64,000 nucleotides of DNA from Spirochaetota bacterium (lineage in GTDB: Bacteria > Spirochaetota > UBA4802 > UBA5550), in the NCBI GenBank assembly GCA_016933025.1, contig JAFGBT010000034.1, positions 518 to 64,517 of the forward strand, given 5' to 3'. The position numbers and the translations under genes are program-made. The notes under the pieces are model-generated. The model worked only from the letters and a program-made list of their open reading frames with translations. It was not told the origin of the DNA and ran no database searches. Below are positions 37,861 to 47,688 of the stretch, one piece after another. Every line of letters starts with the position of its first letter. The first letter of the stretch is position 1.

Positions 37861-38841
37861 TCAGTCGGATATATGCATGATGATCCGCACCTGTTCCGGG
37901 CCGGGGAGAGGGGCGGGAGCATCTTGACGGACGTTCCAGCCGCCCCTGAGTTTTTCGACAAAACCAGCATAGCTTTTCGCGGGGATTTCAACTATCACCT
38001 GCACGCAGGATCCTGACCGGTCATCGCACGTTTTCCGGATGACCCTGCCGTTTATTGAATTGACGATGGCGGCAATCTCATCGGCGTCGCGGCGTACGCC
38101 TGCTGATGGAGCGGTAGCCGATGATTTTTGTGCTCCCGCTCTGTCCGGCTCCATAACGGTTTCTTCGGCCCGCTTGAGCTTTTTGAGCGGGTAGGAGTAG
38201 CGGGACGAAAAGTCGTCGCCGGCATTGCTGTTCCGGGCCAGGTAGAGGGTGACCTGCGCCGGTTCGCCGGGGGCTTCCGTGACGCCGGAGGACGTTACTC
38301 GTGCGGCGGGCTCGCCTTCGGGGAGGGCGGGGCTTTCAGCCACCTTGTGTTCAGCCGGCGCGGCCCGCTGATGTGATACCGCGGCTTTTTCCCTGGCCGC
38401 GGATGGAGCGGCGTCCTCATCCTTCGCGAGCCCGGTACGGGATGTATCGCTTGTTTCCTCGGCGGCGACGGAGGGTATAGAGTCATCATATACCGCAACA
38501 GGGGCCTCGAACGGCCTGAACAGAAGCAGTCCGGTTATTCCGAGGGCGGCGAGCGCCGCCGCTTCAAGCGGAATTTTTATCAGGGGCGGGAAGAATAATT
38601 TCCTGATTGTCGCATTTCGTCCTGGCGCGTCGATGCGGCGATGGATCGACTCGAGGAAATCATCGGGCGGTTTCAACGACGGGAAGGAGGCGGTTTCCTT
38701 TCTGTATTTTTTCAGGAAGCGCGCCTCTTCGCGGCAGGCCGGGCACTGCCCCAGGTGGCCCTTAACCATCTCGCTCTCCTCAGGGGAAAGGAGGCCGTCC
38801 AGGTAATCGGGAAGAAGATCGACGATCCTGTCGCATTTCAT
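37861..38841 (-). CDS. Zinc-binding anti-sigma factor (zf-HC2/ZAS) with TM and extracytoplasmic domain
   Basis: MKC...YLDG...HLGQCPAC; one TM; directly downstream of the ECF sigma. Confidence 0.88.
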   Translation of the reverse strand: MKCDRIVDLLPDYLDGLLSPEESEMVKGHLGQCPACREEARFLKKYRKETASFPSLKPPDDFLESIHRRIDAPGRNATIRKLFFPPLIKIPLEAAALAALGITGLLLFRPFEAPVAVYDDSIPSVAAEETSDTSRTGLAKDEDAAPSAAREKAAVSHQRAAPAEHKVAESPALPEGEPAARVTSSGVTEAPGEPAQVTLYLARNSNAGDDFSSRYSYPLKKLKRAEETVMEPDRAGAQKSSATAPSAGVRRDADEIAAIVNSINGRVIRKTCDDRSGSCVQVIVEIPAKSYAGFVEKLRGGWNVRQDAPAPLPGPEQVRIIMHISD

Positions 38842-39444
38842 TTAAAGCACCTCCCGCAGGGATTCTCTCAGGAGATGGCGCGCCCGCGCGAGCCGTGACT
38901 TTACGGTGCCGAGGTTCACGCCTGTTATTTCCGATATCTCCTCGTACGCTTTCCCCTCTAAGTCCCTCAGCACCACGAGGACCCTGAGGATCTCCGGGAG
39001 TGTTTCGATGGCCCGGTGAATCATGCGGACTTCCTCCCTTTTTTCAAAAACCTCGGCCGGATTGAAGGTGCAGTCCTGTATCTCAAACGGGTCGCTCCCG
39101 GCTTCAGCCGGGCTGTCGATGCGAACCGTCCGTTTTTTTGCACGGCTTTCAGAAGATGATATCCTGTTCCTGCATGTATTGACGGCAATTCGATAGAGCC
39201 AGGTTGAGAAGCTCGATTGAAATCTGAATTTTTTCAAGTTGTTATACACTTTGATGAATGTCTCCTGGGCGCAGTCGCCGGCATCGTCATAGTCGCTGGT
39301 GATCCGATAGCAGAGATTAAATATCATGTTTTGATACCTGATCACCAGGAGATCGAAGGCCCCGGTATCGCCGTCGAGGAAACGCCGGATCAACGCGTCA
39401 TCGTCCTGCCCGGTCTTGACTGTTTGTTTGCCGTTCCTGTTCAT
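38842..39444 (-). CDS. ECF RNA polymerase sigma factor (RpoE/SigW-like)
   Basis: DCAQETFI, FSTWLYRIAVN, YEEISEI, GTVKSRLARAR. Confidence 0.95.
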   Translation of the reverse strand: MNRNGKQTVKTGQDDDALIRRFLDGDTGAFDLLVIRYQNMIFNLCYRITSDYDDAGDCAQETFIKVYNNLKKFRFQSSFSTWLYRIAVNTCRNRISSSESRAKKRTVRIDSPAEAGSDPFEIQDCTFNPAEVFEKREEVRMIHRAIETLPEILRVLVVLRDLEGKAYEEISEITGVNLGTVKSRLARARHLLRESLREVL

Positions 39445-39701
39445 TAGACGTGATTTATTGAAGAAAAGATCTGCATTAATGGGCGTTATAACTACATTTA
39501 TAATTTATTCAGTCAGTCAATACTAATTTTTCATTCGGATTATTGTTCCTGAATTACGGAAGCATGATCGGAGAATAGGATGCGAATACCATCCTTCGAC
39601 AGGCTTTGAATTATATTTTATATATACAATATAATATATATAAAATGTGTTTATATATATATTAAATATAATTTGGAATATGTAAAAAAACTTATTTTGA
39701 A

Positions 39702-39752
39702 CCCACCTAGGTGGGATTTTTGTTTGACACTTTTAATTTTATATTGTATTAT
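39702..39752 (+). promoter_or_regulatory. Promoter of the LruC-like gene with an upstream 14-bp palindrome
   Basis: CCCACCTAGGTGGG (39702-15), then TTGACA(39724-29)-N17-TATTAT(39747-52). Confidence 0.6.
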
Positions 39753-39885
39753 TATGGAGAACATGTATAATTAATATTGATAATATCATTTTTGTTTTTA
39801 ATGATATTCTTTAATTGAATTGTTTTTTGTATATATATAAAAGAAACGCAGAATCAGAATAATCGGGAAGAGAATAACAATCCAG

Positions 39886-41166
39886 ATGAAAAAAATTAGC
39901 TTGTTGTTGCTTATCGTCTTCACGTCACTATTGTTCTCGTGCGATGAAGACGATGACAAGGCGCTGTGGTGGGGCCGCAAGGCGAATACGACTGCGCCGG
40001 CAGACGTTGTCAACGACGAGGCCGACACCGAGGAATTCCGTTACCAGACCGTCCACGATGTAACCTTTGACCTTCAGATTTACGATGCAGAGAATAAGGC
40101 TCTGTCGCAGGCGGTGATTCGCGTAACAACAGAGCAGGGCGATATAACCACAGCCGTTACGACTGATAATGGCACGGCATCATTCAAGATCTCTATCGGC
40201 ATCGCGATCGAGACCGTATCTCTCATCATAGAACACCCTGCCTGCGTGACAAAGACCGTTGAAATCGAGAGTATCCAGAGCGTGTCGGTCGTGAATCGCA
40301 CAATTTTCCTTGAGCTAAAGGATGAGGCGGAAAGCAAGACGGACAGGGACGGTGACGGCGTGCCGGATGACGCGGACGAGTTCCCAGACGATCCCTTCCT
40401 GATCGGTTCGGTCATCGGCGAGTACACCGTAGCGTATGAAGACCTATGGCCGAACAAGGGCGACGCGGATTTCAACGACCTGGTGGTCAGGCTGAACATC
40501 CAGGAGTTCATTGACAACAACAACATGGTCAGCAAGATCATCATCACATCCAGGTTGCTGGCCGCCGGAGCGGGCTACAAGAACCAGCTCTGGATTGGAA
40601 TACTCGATAAGGATTATCAGCTGATCTTCAACCCGAAGCAGGACCTCAACGGAAAGTGGAACACCAGACCGAAAGACACGTACGTGGAAGGCCCGGTCCA
40701 TACCCTCGAGGTTGTCCTTGATCCGCCGGTTGCGCGCGATCTTATGGACTCCATGCCCTATGACCCGTATATAAAATGCAACGGGAACGACAAGAACCAG
40801 GTGCATCTTTCCTTTGTGAAGACCAAGTTCAAGGACAAGGTGCTCGACAGCGATAATTTCCCGTGGGCGGTCCTTGTTCCCGCTGACTGGGCATGGCCGT
40901 ATGAAGGCGAAAGCATTTTCAGCGCATACCCGGAGTTCAAGCCGTGGTATGAGTCAAAAGGAGCGGCGTACAGGGACTGGTACCTCCATCCGGAGGTTGA
41001 CAAGGTGTACAAGATGTCAGCGGGCACGGCTCTCACGGCGTATCTCATGAAGGTGTCGACGAGCCTTAATACCGGGATCGTGTTGGCGATTCTGACCGTC
41101 ATGCTCCTGGTAATCGTGGGAATTAATTTCTGGAGAAGGCGGCAGCCCGGCTCGCAGTCTCATTAA
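39886..41166 (+). CDS. LruC-domain (DUF4842-like) lipoprotein
   Basis: Lipobox LLFSC; Ca-binding-like DRDGDGVPDDADEFPDDP; AYEDLWPNKGDADFNDLVV; FPWAVLVP...WPYE...AYPEF...W. Confidence 0.85.
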   Translation: MKKISLLLLIVFTSLLFSCDEDDDKALWWGRKANTTAPADVVNDEADTEEFRYQTVHDVTFDLQIYDAENKALSQAVIRVTTEQGDITTAVTTDNGTASFKISIGIAIETVSLIIEHPACVTKTVEIESIQSVSVVNRTIFLELKDEAESKTDRDGDGVPDDADEFPDDPFLIGSVIGEYTVAYEDLWPNKGDADFNDLVVRLNIQEFIDNNNMVSKIIITSRLLAAGAGYKNQLWIGILDKDYQLIFNPKQDLNGKWNTRPKDTYVEGPVHTLEVVLDPPVARDLMDSMPYDPYIKCNGNDKNQVHLSFVKTKFKDKVLDSDNFPWAVLVPADWAWPYEGESIFSAYPEFKPWYESKGAAYRDWYLHPEVDKVYKMSAGTALTAYLMKVSTSLNTGIVLAILTVMLLVIVGINFWRRRQPGSQSH

Positions 41167-41220
41167 TACAATTGCAGTTTAACGGTTGATAACCGATTTA
41201 AACCCTCCATATCCTTTTCC

Positions 41221-41264
41221 CCTCCCTGAAGATGCCCTAAACATCTTCAGGGAGGAACCTTTTT
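41221..41264 (+). terminator. Rho-independent terminator
   Basis: Perfect 14-bp stem cctccctgaagatg/catcttcagggagg followed shortly by a T run. Confidence 0.75.
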
Positions 41265-41790
41265 AATTTCAATTTCACTATCGCGGCGGTATCCCGTTTA
41301 ATAATGGCAGTGTAATCTGTGCGCGAGGAGACGGGGGCGTCACGGCCGATTTATAATTTACCGTTTGTTAAAATATTTCCACCCCGCCGGCCCCTTATCA
41401 TAAATATCAGTAAATTATAGACTTTCTCTTGACTTTTTGATGTAAGGTGACTATTCTTTGTTGATATAAAGAGAGAATCCAATACTTGGAAGGGAAATTC
41501 ACGAATGGTGATGGCTGAATATTCTCTTCGTGACTGACGGATAAAACTGCTTTTTTTCATTATGATACATAGTGAGGAAAGCAGTTTTTTTAAATATCCG
41601 TGTCTTTACCCGACGTATATAATACGTTGAAGTGAAACGGGGTACAAGAAGTACGACTGCTTCTACCATATTCCTGAACAGGCTGTCTTATACAGTATTT
41701 TGATTATTTGCCGGTGCTGTCGTGAAGATCGCGACGGGTAATGCTTCCATCGATGTGCATGCCTCTGCCGGTAATGTTACGGGGTGATAC

Positions 41791-42237
41791 GTGATAGTTG
41801 TTCTTTTATTCATCATATTATTCGTCTCCATCGCGTTCCACATATCATATCTCACTAAGTATATTCAGACACGGGAGCAGCAGTATCTTCAGCGTTATGT
41901 TGTCACGACCGTCGGCAATGTTGTTCTTTCGGGCGCCCTGATTTTTGTGGCGCTGTACCAGCCCGAGGAAATTCAGAAAATCAAGTTTCCACTCCTGATG
42001 TGGATTATCATGGGCTTTATCATGGTGAGCACCCTCATGGCGCAGGTGACGATTTTCCGGCGCGTGTATACGAGATCAAAATTGCCCGAGCATTATCATT
42101 ATAACTTTTTCGGGAAGAAGGTTTTACACGCGACGGTGCTTAAGATGCCGGAAGTCGTGCTGTTTTTCGCGACGATCCCGGCCTTCCTGCTGGCCGGAGC
42201 GTATTTTATCGCGAAATTGATACGGTTTTTTCTTTGA
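41791..42237 (+). CDS. Hypothetical 4-TM membrane protein
   Basis: Four hydrophobic segments; loop HYHYNFFGKKVLH; GTG start after ggggtga. Confidence 0.75.
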   Translation: MIVVLLFIILFVSIAFHISYLTKYIQTREQQYLQRYVVTTVGNVVLSGALIFVALYQPEEIQKIKFPLLMWIIMGFIMVSTLMAQVTIFRRVYTRSKLPEHYHYNFFGKKVLHATVLKMPEVVLFFATIPAFLLAGAYFIAKLIRFFL

Positions 42238-42380
42238 TGCGTTATACAGAAAAAATCGGCCATGTATAAAATATTTTAAAAAATATTTGTGGAAATTTTA
42301 TCCCGATCTGAGTATTATGTATCAATACGGTTATATAACCGGATAACTAATGAGTCATTTCAGGAGGGGAGGAAGATTTC

Positions 42381-42650
42381 ATGGCGTTAATCACCGAACA
42401 TGTACGAGATAATGCAAAAAAATGCAAGCAATGCGTGCTCCAGAGAGTGCGGGATTTTATCAAGTATAAGAATAAAATGGCAGGTAAGGGCATTTTCGCG
42501 AAGGAAACGGCCCAGGCTTTCAACAAGGGAGCGTTCATGGTGGCGAAATTCGGCTGCAACATGTGCCCGTACCGCGACGATTTCAAGCGGGTTTACGGCA
42601 TGACGCCGGCGGATTATTTCGCGGAAGAGCAGTTGAAGATCGAGGAATAA
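42381..42650 (+). CDS. Small hypothetical protein with two CxxC motifs
   Basis: CKQC and CNMC; strong purine-rich RBS; own terminator. Confidence 0.75.
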   Translation: MALITEHVRDNAKKCKQCVLQRVRDFIKYKNKMAGKGIFAKETAQAFNKGAFMVAKFGCNMCPYRDDFKRVYGMTPADYFAEEQLKIEE

Positions 42651-42674
42651 TAATTACCGTGTCGCAAATAACAG

Positions 42675-42706
42675 AAGGCGAGGTCCCGCGACCCCGCCTT
42701 TTTTTT
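42675..42706 (+). terminator. Rho-independent terminator
   Basis: aaggcgaggtc-ccgc-gaccccgcctt followed by a T run. Confidence 0.75.
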
Positions 42707-42742
42707 AAATTGCCATTCCCCCGGTATGACGCTGTGGGATTT

Positions 42743-43501
42743 CTATTCCTTCCGGCCGTCTCCCGTCAGTATTTTGGGGATGAAGCGCCTCGGAATAAGC
42801 GCGAGGATGACCAGGTTGGTGAGAACCAGGATGACCGACATCGTTATGATAATGAGCACCAGCATCTGGTTTTTGATCGTCTCTGTCCTGTTGAGATTGA
42901 TCCCGATGATGAACGAACCCCACTGCTGACCGTACAGCCGTACCGGCGCGGCGATGTTCCAGAGGGTTTCGCCGGTGTCCCGGTTATAGAGTTCCCGAAC
43001 AGCACTGTCTCCGTTATATGACAGGATCTTTTTGATTCCCTCGTAGGCATAGAAGTTCCTTTTACTTCGGCTATAAATGACGTCCCTGGCATAATTGTTG
43101 GTTTGCGGAAGTGAATATTTCTTGTTGTGGGTCGGGACATAGCCGTTTTTGTCCATTAGCACGGCAAACTCGACATCCTCGTCCAGGAGAAACTGGTCCT
43201 CAACGTCCTGTATCCACCTGTCAAAAATCAGGTCGTAACGCGTATGGTATTTTTTAGGATTTGTCCCTGGAATTTCAATATAGTTTGTGTCGAATATCGC
43301 TTCTTTGCCGATCATGTTGTTTTTTATCATGAAGTACATGATTTCGCTCATGGCCCTGGCGCCGGTAAGGGCCTCTATCCGGCTTTTCTCGTAGAGCTGG
43401 TTCTCAAGGTTGGTGAATATCTTGCTCAGTATCAGATAGCAGCCCAGGCAGGACATCAGGCTGAAGGTTATGGCTAGTATAATTTTTCTTCGTAAACTCA
43501 T
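42743..43501 (-). CDS. Two-TM protein with a Cache/PAS-like sensor domain of chemoreceptor type, no output domain (paralog A)
   Basis: FDTNYIEIPGTNPKKYHTRYD, DKNGYVPTHN, RSKRNF, YNRDTGE, WGSFIIG between two TMs. Confidence 0.75.
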   Translation of the reverse strand: MSLRRKIILAITFSLMSCLGCYLILSKIFTNLENQLYEKSRIEALTGARAMSEIMYFMIKNNMIGKEAIFDTNYIEIPGTNPKKYHTRYDLIFDRWIQDVEDQFLLDEDVEFAVLMDKNGYVPTHNKKYSLPQTNNYARDVIYSRSKRNFYAYEGIKKILSYNGDSAVRELYNRDTGETLWNIAAPVRLYGQQWGSFIIGINLNRTETIKNQMLVLIIITMSVILVLTNLVILALIPRRFIPKILTGDGRKE

Positions 43502-43878
43502 AGTTGGTTCTGGCGCGTGTAAAAAATAATAAATGCAAACAGTGACACAATTAATGCATAGTTGCAATTTATTGTCTATAATAATTTTTTCAAATTTGAT
43601 TGTCTTTCACATAATAATAAATCCGGCACAGATACCCGCAAATGCTATCATTGTCTGCCTGGCCAATACACCCGAGCGTCATCTTAGGTGTAATCGCGAA
43701 TAAATTTGCCTGGCGATATTCCTGTTTGCAACAACATCACAAATTTCGGGTATCGGTCTATCACGGAATTTTGTTGTTTCATTGCATTATAATGCAAAAT
43801 TCGCGTTTTATATTGACAATTATGCGGTGCCTGTTAATTTGGATATAGAAATATCATTCGTATGGCATGGTAATGTAG

Positions 43879-44907
43879 ATGTCGTTATTCAGCCCAAATA
43901 TTGATAAACTCATTAGCGAAAGAAATATTCCCGGCCTTATAAAATGCACCACAAACAGGAATGCCGAAATCAGGCTCAAGGCGTTTCATGCCCTGCTGGA
44001 CGGCGGGCAGAGGGACCCGGCGGTCCTCGAAGCTCTTCGGAAAATGAAGGGTGACCGGGACGTTCGTGTCAGGAATGCCGCCATCCTGAAGCTGGCTGAG
44101 GTCGGAGACGAGGGTATCCTGGACGACCTTTACGCAATAATGGTCGAGGGTTCCCAGAACGACAAGATCGACGCCCTCAGGATCCTGGCTGACCGGGGGA
44201 AGACGGACGCGCAGGCGTCGGGGATTATCGCCCTTGCGCTTAACGACAAGAAGGGGATGGTGCAGCTCGAGGCGATACGGACCCTGGGCGCCCTGAAGGA
44301 CTATACGTCACTCGTGCACCTCGAGGACAAACTGCATGACATCAGGCACCAGATACGGCTCGAGGCGGTCCGCGCTCTCGGGAACATTCAGTCCGACGAA
44401 GCGGTTGATCTTCTCATCGGCTCCCTGACCGACAACAAGCTCGTGATACGCCGGGCGGCGCGGGAAATACTTGAACAGATAGGCACGGATAAAGCGATAA
44501 AGGCGCTTAACGACGCCCCGCTGATGATGATGGTCAAGAGGATGAACGAGGGCGTCGCGTCGAAGGTTGACGCGCTTGTCTACATAGGCAAGCACCGGTT
44601 CCAGGACGCCCTCCCTCTGGTGCATAAGGCCACCAGCGATGAATATAAAAACGTGCGGCTTGAGGCGGTGAAGGCGCTGAGCATGGTGCGAGATAAAAGT
44701 TCAATACATACGCTTGCCAGGATGATCAATGACCCGTATTTCGATATCCGGCTCGAGGCGGTGAAGGCCCTCGAGAGGATACTTGACCCGGCGGCGCTCA
44801 AGCCCCTTGAAAAGGCGAAAGAAGACCTTAACAAGAGCGTGCGGGAAGAGGCCAAGAAGGCGTATTACTCACTCCAGACAAGGCTGGAAGAACTCCACAA
44901 GAAGTAA
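43879..44907 (+). CDS. HEAT/PBS-lyase repeat protein
   Basis: Repeated D...(V/I)RLEAV(K/R)AL units. Confidence 0.88.
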   Translation: MSLFSPNIDKLISERNIPGLIKCTTNRNAEIRLKAFHALLDGGQRDPAVLEALRKMKGDRDVRVRNAAILKLAEVGDEGILDDLYAIMVEGSQNDKIDALRILADRGKTDAQASGIIALALNDKKGMVQLEAIRTLGALKDYTSLVHLEDKLHDIRHQIRLEAVRALGNIQSDEAVDLLIGSLTDNKLVIRRAAREILEQIGTDKAIKALNDAPLMMMVKRMNEGVASKVDALVYIGKHRFQDALPLVHKATSDEYKNVRLEAVKALSMVRDKSSIHTLARMINDPYFDIRLEAVKALERILDPAALKPLEKAKEDLNKSVREEAKKAYYSLQTRLEELHKK

Positions 44908-44967
44908 TTCAGGGCATTATCATGTGAAGCGCGATGGCCGGTGTTATCCGGCCTTAGTTTTTTTTCG

Positions 44968-45732
44968 TCACAGCGCCGTGACGCCGCCATCCACAACAAT
45001 GGTCTGCCCGGTGATGTAATCGGACCCCGCCGAGGCGAGGAAGAGGACCGGGTGCACTACGTCGGCCGGCTCGGCGATTCTCCCGAGCGGGATGCTCCTC
45101 ACCACATGCTCGTGAATGTCTTTGTTCGACCAGAAGGGCTTGCTGAAATCCGTGCGCACCATGGCGGGCGCCACCGCGTTGACCTGGATGTTAAAGGAGG
45201 CCAGCTCCGCGGCGAGCACCTTCGTCATCATCTCGACTCCCGCCTTCGCGATGCCGTATATGCCCATGCCGGGCGAGGCCTTGCGGCCCGCGATCGATGA
45301 GATGCTCACGATCTTTCCCCTTTTCTGTGCCTTCATCACGGCGGCGGCCCTCCGGGAGCAGATGTATGTCCCGGTCAGGTTGGTATCGATGATTTTCTGC
45401 CACTGGGCCACCTCGGTGTCTGCGGCGGACGGCGTCATGAGGTTCATCCCGACGTTGTTTATGAGTATGTCGACCCGGGAGAATTTTTCCAGAACCCGTT
45501 CGAAGAGGGCGTTCACGTCGGCTTCTCTGGCGATGTGGGCGGTGACGGTGAGGAGGTTCTCCCCGCCGCTCAGCGCGGCAGCGGCGGCGTCCAGGTTTTC
45601 CTGCTTTCGGCCGCAGATAGCGACCTTCGCCCTTTCGCCGAGCAGCTTCCTTGCAAGTTCCAGGCCTATGCCCCGGCTCCCGCCGGTGACGACGGCCACC
45701 ATTCCTTCAAGTCCATAGGTGATGTCGCCCAT
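44968..45732 (-). CDS. SDR family oxidoreductase
   Basis: TGGSRGIG, NNVG, YGIAK, VNAVAP, ITGQTIVVDGG. Confidence 0.95.
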   Translation of the reverse strand: MGDITYGLEGMVAVVTGGSRGIGLELARKLLGERAKVAICGRKQENLDAAAAALSGGENLLTVTAHIAREADVNALFERVLEKFSRVDILINNVGMNLMTPSAADTEVAQWQKIIDTNLTGTYICSRRAAAVMKAQKRGKIVSISSIAGRKASPGMGIYGIAKAGVEMMTKVLAAELASFNIQVNAVAPAMVRTDFSKPFWSNKDIHEHVVRSIPLGRIAEPADVVHPVLFLASAGSDYITGQTIVVDGGVTAL

Positions 45733-45923
45733 AATGGTGTCTCCTTGATCCTGTACGGTTTTTCTCCGGCCCCGCGGCATGCCGGGGCTGCCGAAATAGG
45801 GTAGACCCGTCACGCCTCTCATGTCAAATTAATATCAATCCGAGTTGGAAATGACCTGCGTGCGGCTTCTTGCCGGAAGATATCCGGGTCCGGACAGAAC
45901 AGGGCAGATCGCCCGACATGGTC

Positions 45924-46709
45924 CTATTCGGCGGGGGGCGCCTCGCCGGTTCCACCCGGTGCACTGGAAGCGCCGGCGGGGTTCTCCAGGAATTTCGCCG
46001 GTATGATGGCGAGGATCATCAGGAGAGTGAAGCTCAGGATGATGATCATGATCGTTACGGTGATGATGATCATCTGGTTTTTAATGATGTCGACCCGGTG
46101 GAGGGAGATGCCTATCAGGAAAGCGCCCCAGTGATTGTCGCGAAACTTCACCGGGGTTCCGATGTTCCACATCAGCTCGCCGGTGTCGCGATGATACAAA
46201 TATTTGATGGTGCCGTTGCCGCGGTACTTGAGTATCTCTTTGATTTCCGGCTTGGTGGCGAAATTTCTTTTAGAGCGGCTGTAATATAGATTTTCCTGCA
46301 CATTTTTGCTGGGAGGCTTCGAATACTTTGAATTATGGGTCGGCACGTAGCCGTTTTTATCAATGAGGATCGAGAAGACGACGTCCTCGTCGTTCAGGAA
46401 CTCGTCTTCAAACTTCTGTATGGTGGCGTCGAATATCGCGTCATATTGCGTGCGATATTTTTTAGGGCTGATCCCCTCGATTTCAATGTAATTGGTGTCC
46501 ATGACCTGGGCAGGGCTGAGTTGGTTGGTGAATACCATGAGCTCCATGAAGGTATTCATCACTTCGGAGCCGATCAGCGCCTCGATGCGGCATTTCTGGA
46601 GGAGCTGGTCTTCGGTTTTTTCGAATATCTTGGTGATGATGAGAATGGCGCCGACGGAGAGGACCAGGCACATTGTAACGATAATGATGATCTTTTTTTT
46701 GAGATCCAT
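45924..46709 (-). CDS. Two-TM sensor-domain-only protein (paralog B)
   Basis: Same motifs as 42743-43501: DTNYIEI, PKKY, DKNGYVPTHN, RSKRNF, RDTGE, IKNQM. Confidence 0.75.
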   Translation of the reverse strand: MDLKKKIIIIVTMCLVLSVGAILIITKIFEKTEDQLLQKCRIEALIGSEVMNTFMELMVFTNQLSPAQVMDTNYIEIEGISPKKYRTQYDAIFDATIQKFEDEFLNDEDVVFSILIDKNGYVPTHNSKYSKPPSKNVQENLYYSRSKRNFATKPEIKEILKYRGNGTIKYLYHRDTGELMWNIGTPVKFRDNHWGAFLIGISLHRVDIIKNQMIIITVTIMIIILSFTLLMILAIIPAKFLENPAGASSAPGGTGEAPPAE

Positions 46710-46827
46710 ATCATGCCCCCTCATGTTGTTATAATAAATTTGTTGTCGGTCGCAGCAACTTACCGGATGACATAGTAAGTCCTGGTCGAATAAAAGTAAA
46801 TAACATTATTGAGCGCGCTCCTTAAAA

Positions 46828-47556
46828 TCATGAATTTTGATGAACTGCTCCCGGACGGGCCTCGGTTTCATTATCCTGCATAAGGTGAGGCTTCAGTGCC
46901 TCATATATCATCCTGAGGCCTTTTGCGTTGATGTGAATTTCATCGATCGCTATCTCGTTGATATCGATCCCGCTCCTGAACGGGTCGACAATGGTAACAT
47001 TGTGGAATTCCCGGGCCGCCTCATGATAGATTCCGTTGAAGCGGTCGATGTTTTGCCCGATGCGGGGGCTTTTTGCCAGCAGTATATCGGCGGCCGGGAG
47101 GATCGGGATGACATATACGTGCGCCCCTATCTCGCCGGCTCGCCTGAAAAACGAATTGATGTTCGCTCCGAACTGTTTCGGAGAAACGTCGGTTATATCG
47201 GGGTTCCTCCCGCGGTGTTTCCTCACGTAATCGATGTATCGCTTACGTATTCCCGCCGGAAGTATTTTGCTGACGAGATAGTATTCGAGGCTCCGCTTGT
47301 CAAAAAGCCGTGGGGCGCATTCTGCCATTCCCTGCTGGAGAATAACGGTTTGCGGCATATAGCGTTCCAGGAGGTCGAGACCGCCGCCACCCTCGGTGAC
47401 CAGGCGCACCGACGTGCTTCCGCGGCCGGGACGGTCAATGATGTCGTAGTGGGGGAATTCCCGCTTCAACAGGTAAATCCAGGTGTCTTCGTACCGGATT
47501 TCATCCCGCGGCATGGCGATTGAGTCGGCTATGACCATGATCCTTTTCATTTTCAT
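46828..47556 (-). CDS. SGNH/GDSL hydrolase family protein
   Basis: Block I VIADSI; block V DEIHINAKG. Confidence 0.78.
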   Translation of the reverse strand: MKMKRIMVIADSIAMPRDEIRYEDTWIYLLKREFPHYDIIDRPGRGSTSVRLVTEGGGGLDLLERYMPQTVILQQGMAECAPRLFDKRSLEYYLVSKILPAGIRKRYIDYVRKHRGRNPDITDVSPKQFGANINSFFRRAGEIGAHVYVIPILPAADILLAKSPRIGQNIDRFNGIYHEAAREFHNVTIVDPFRSGIDINEIAIDEIHINAKGLRMIYEALKPHLMQDNETEARPGAVHQNS

Positions 47557-47688
47557 GCCTCTACCATTTACAGGAGGGCCGTATAAATGAAAAGGATTTT
47601 TTTCCCGCCCATGTAAAGCGCGCCGCCAATTGTTTGTTGACAAATGCGTCGTGCGCATATATGCACTAGTATCATCGAAGTTGACGAT

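Noticed and set aside
41351-41560. 69-aa minus-strand ORF
   Set aside because: AT-rich intergenic DNA, no motif, atypical codon usage.
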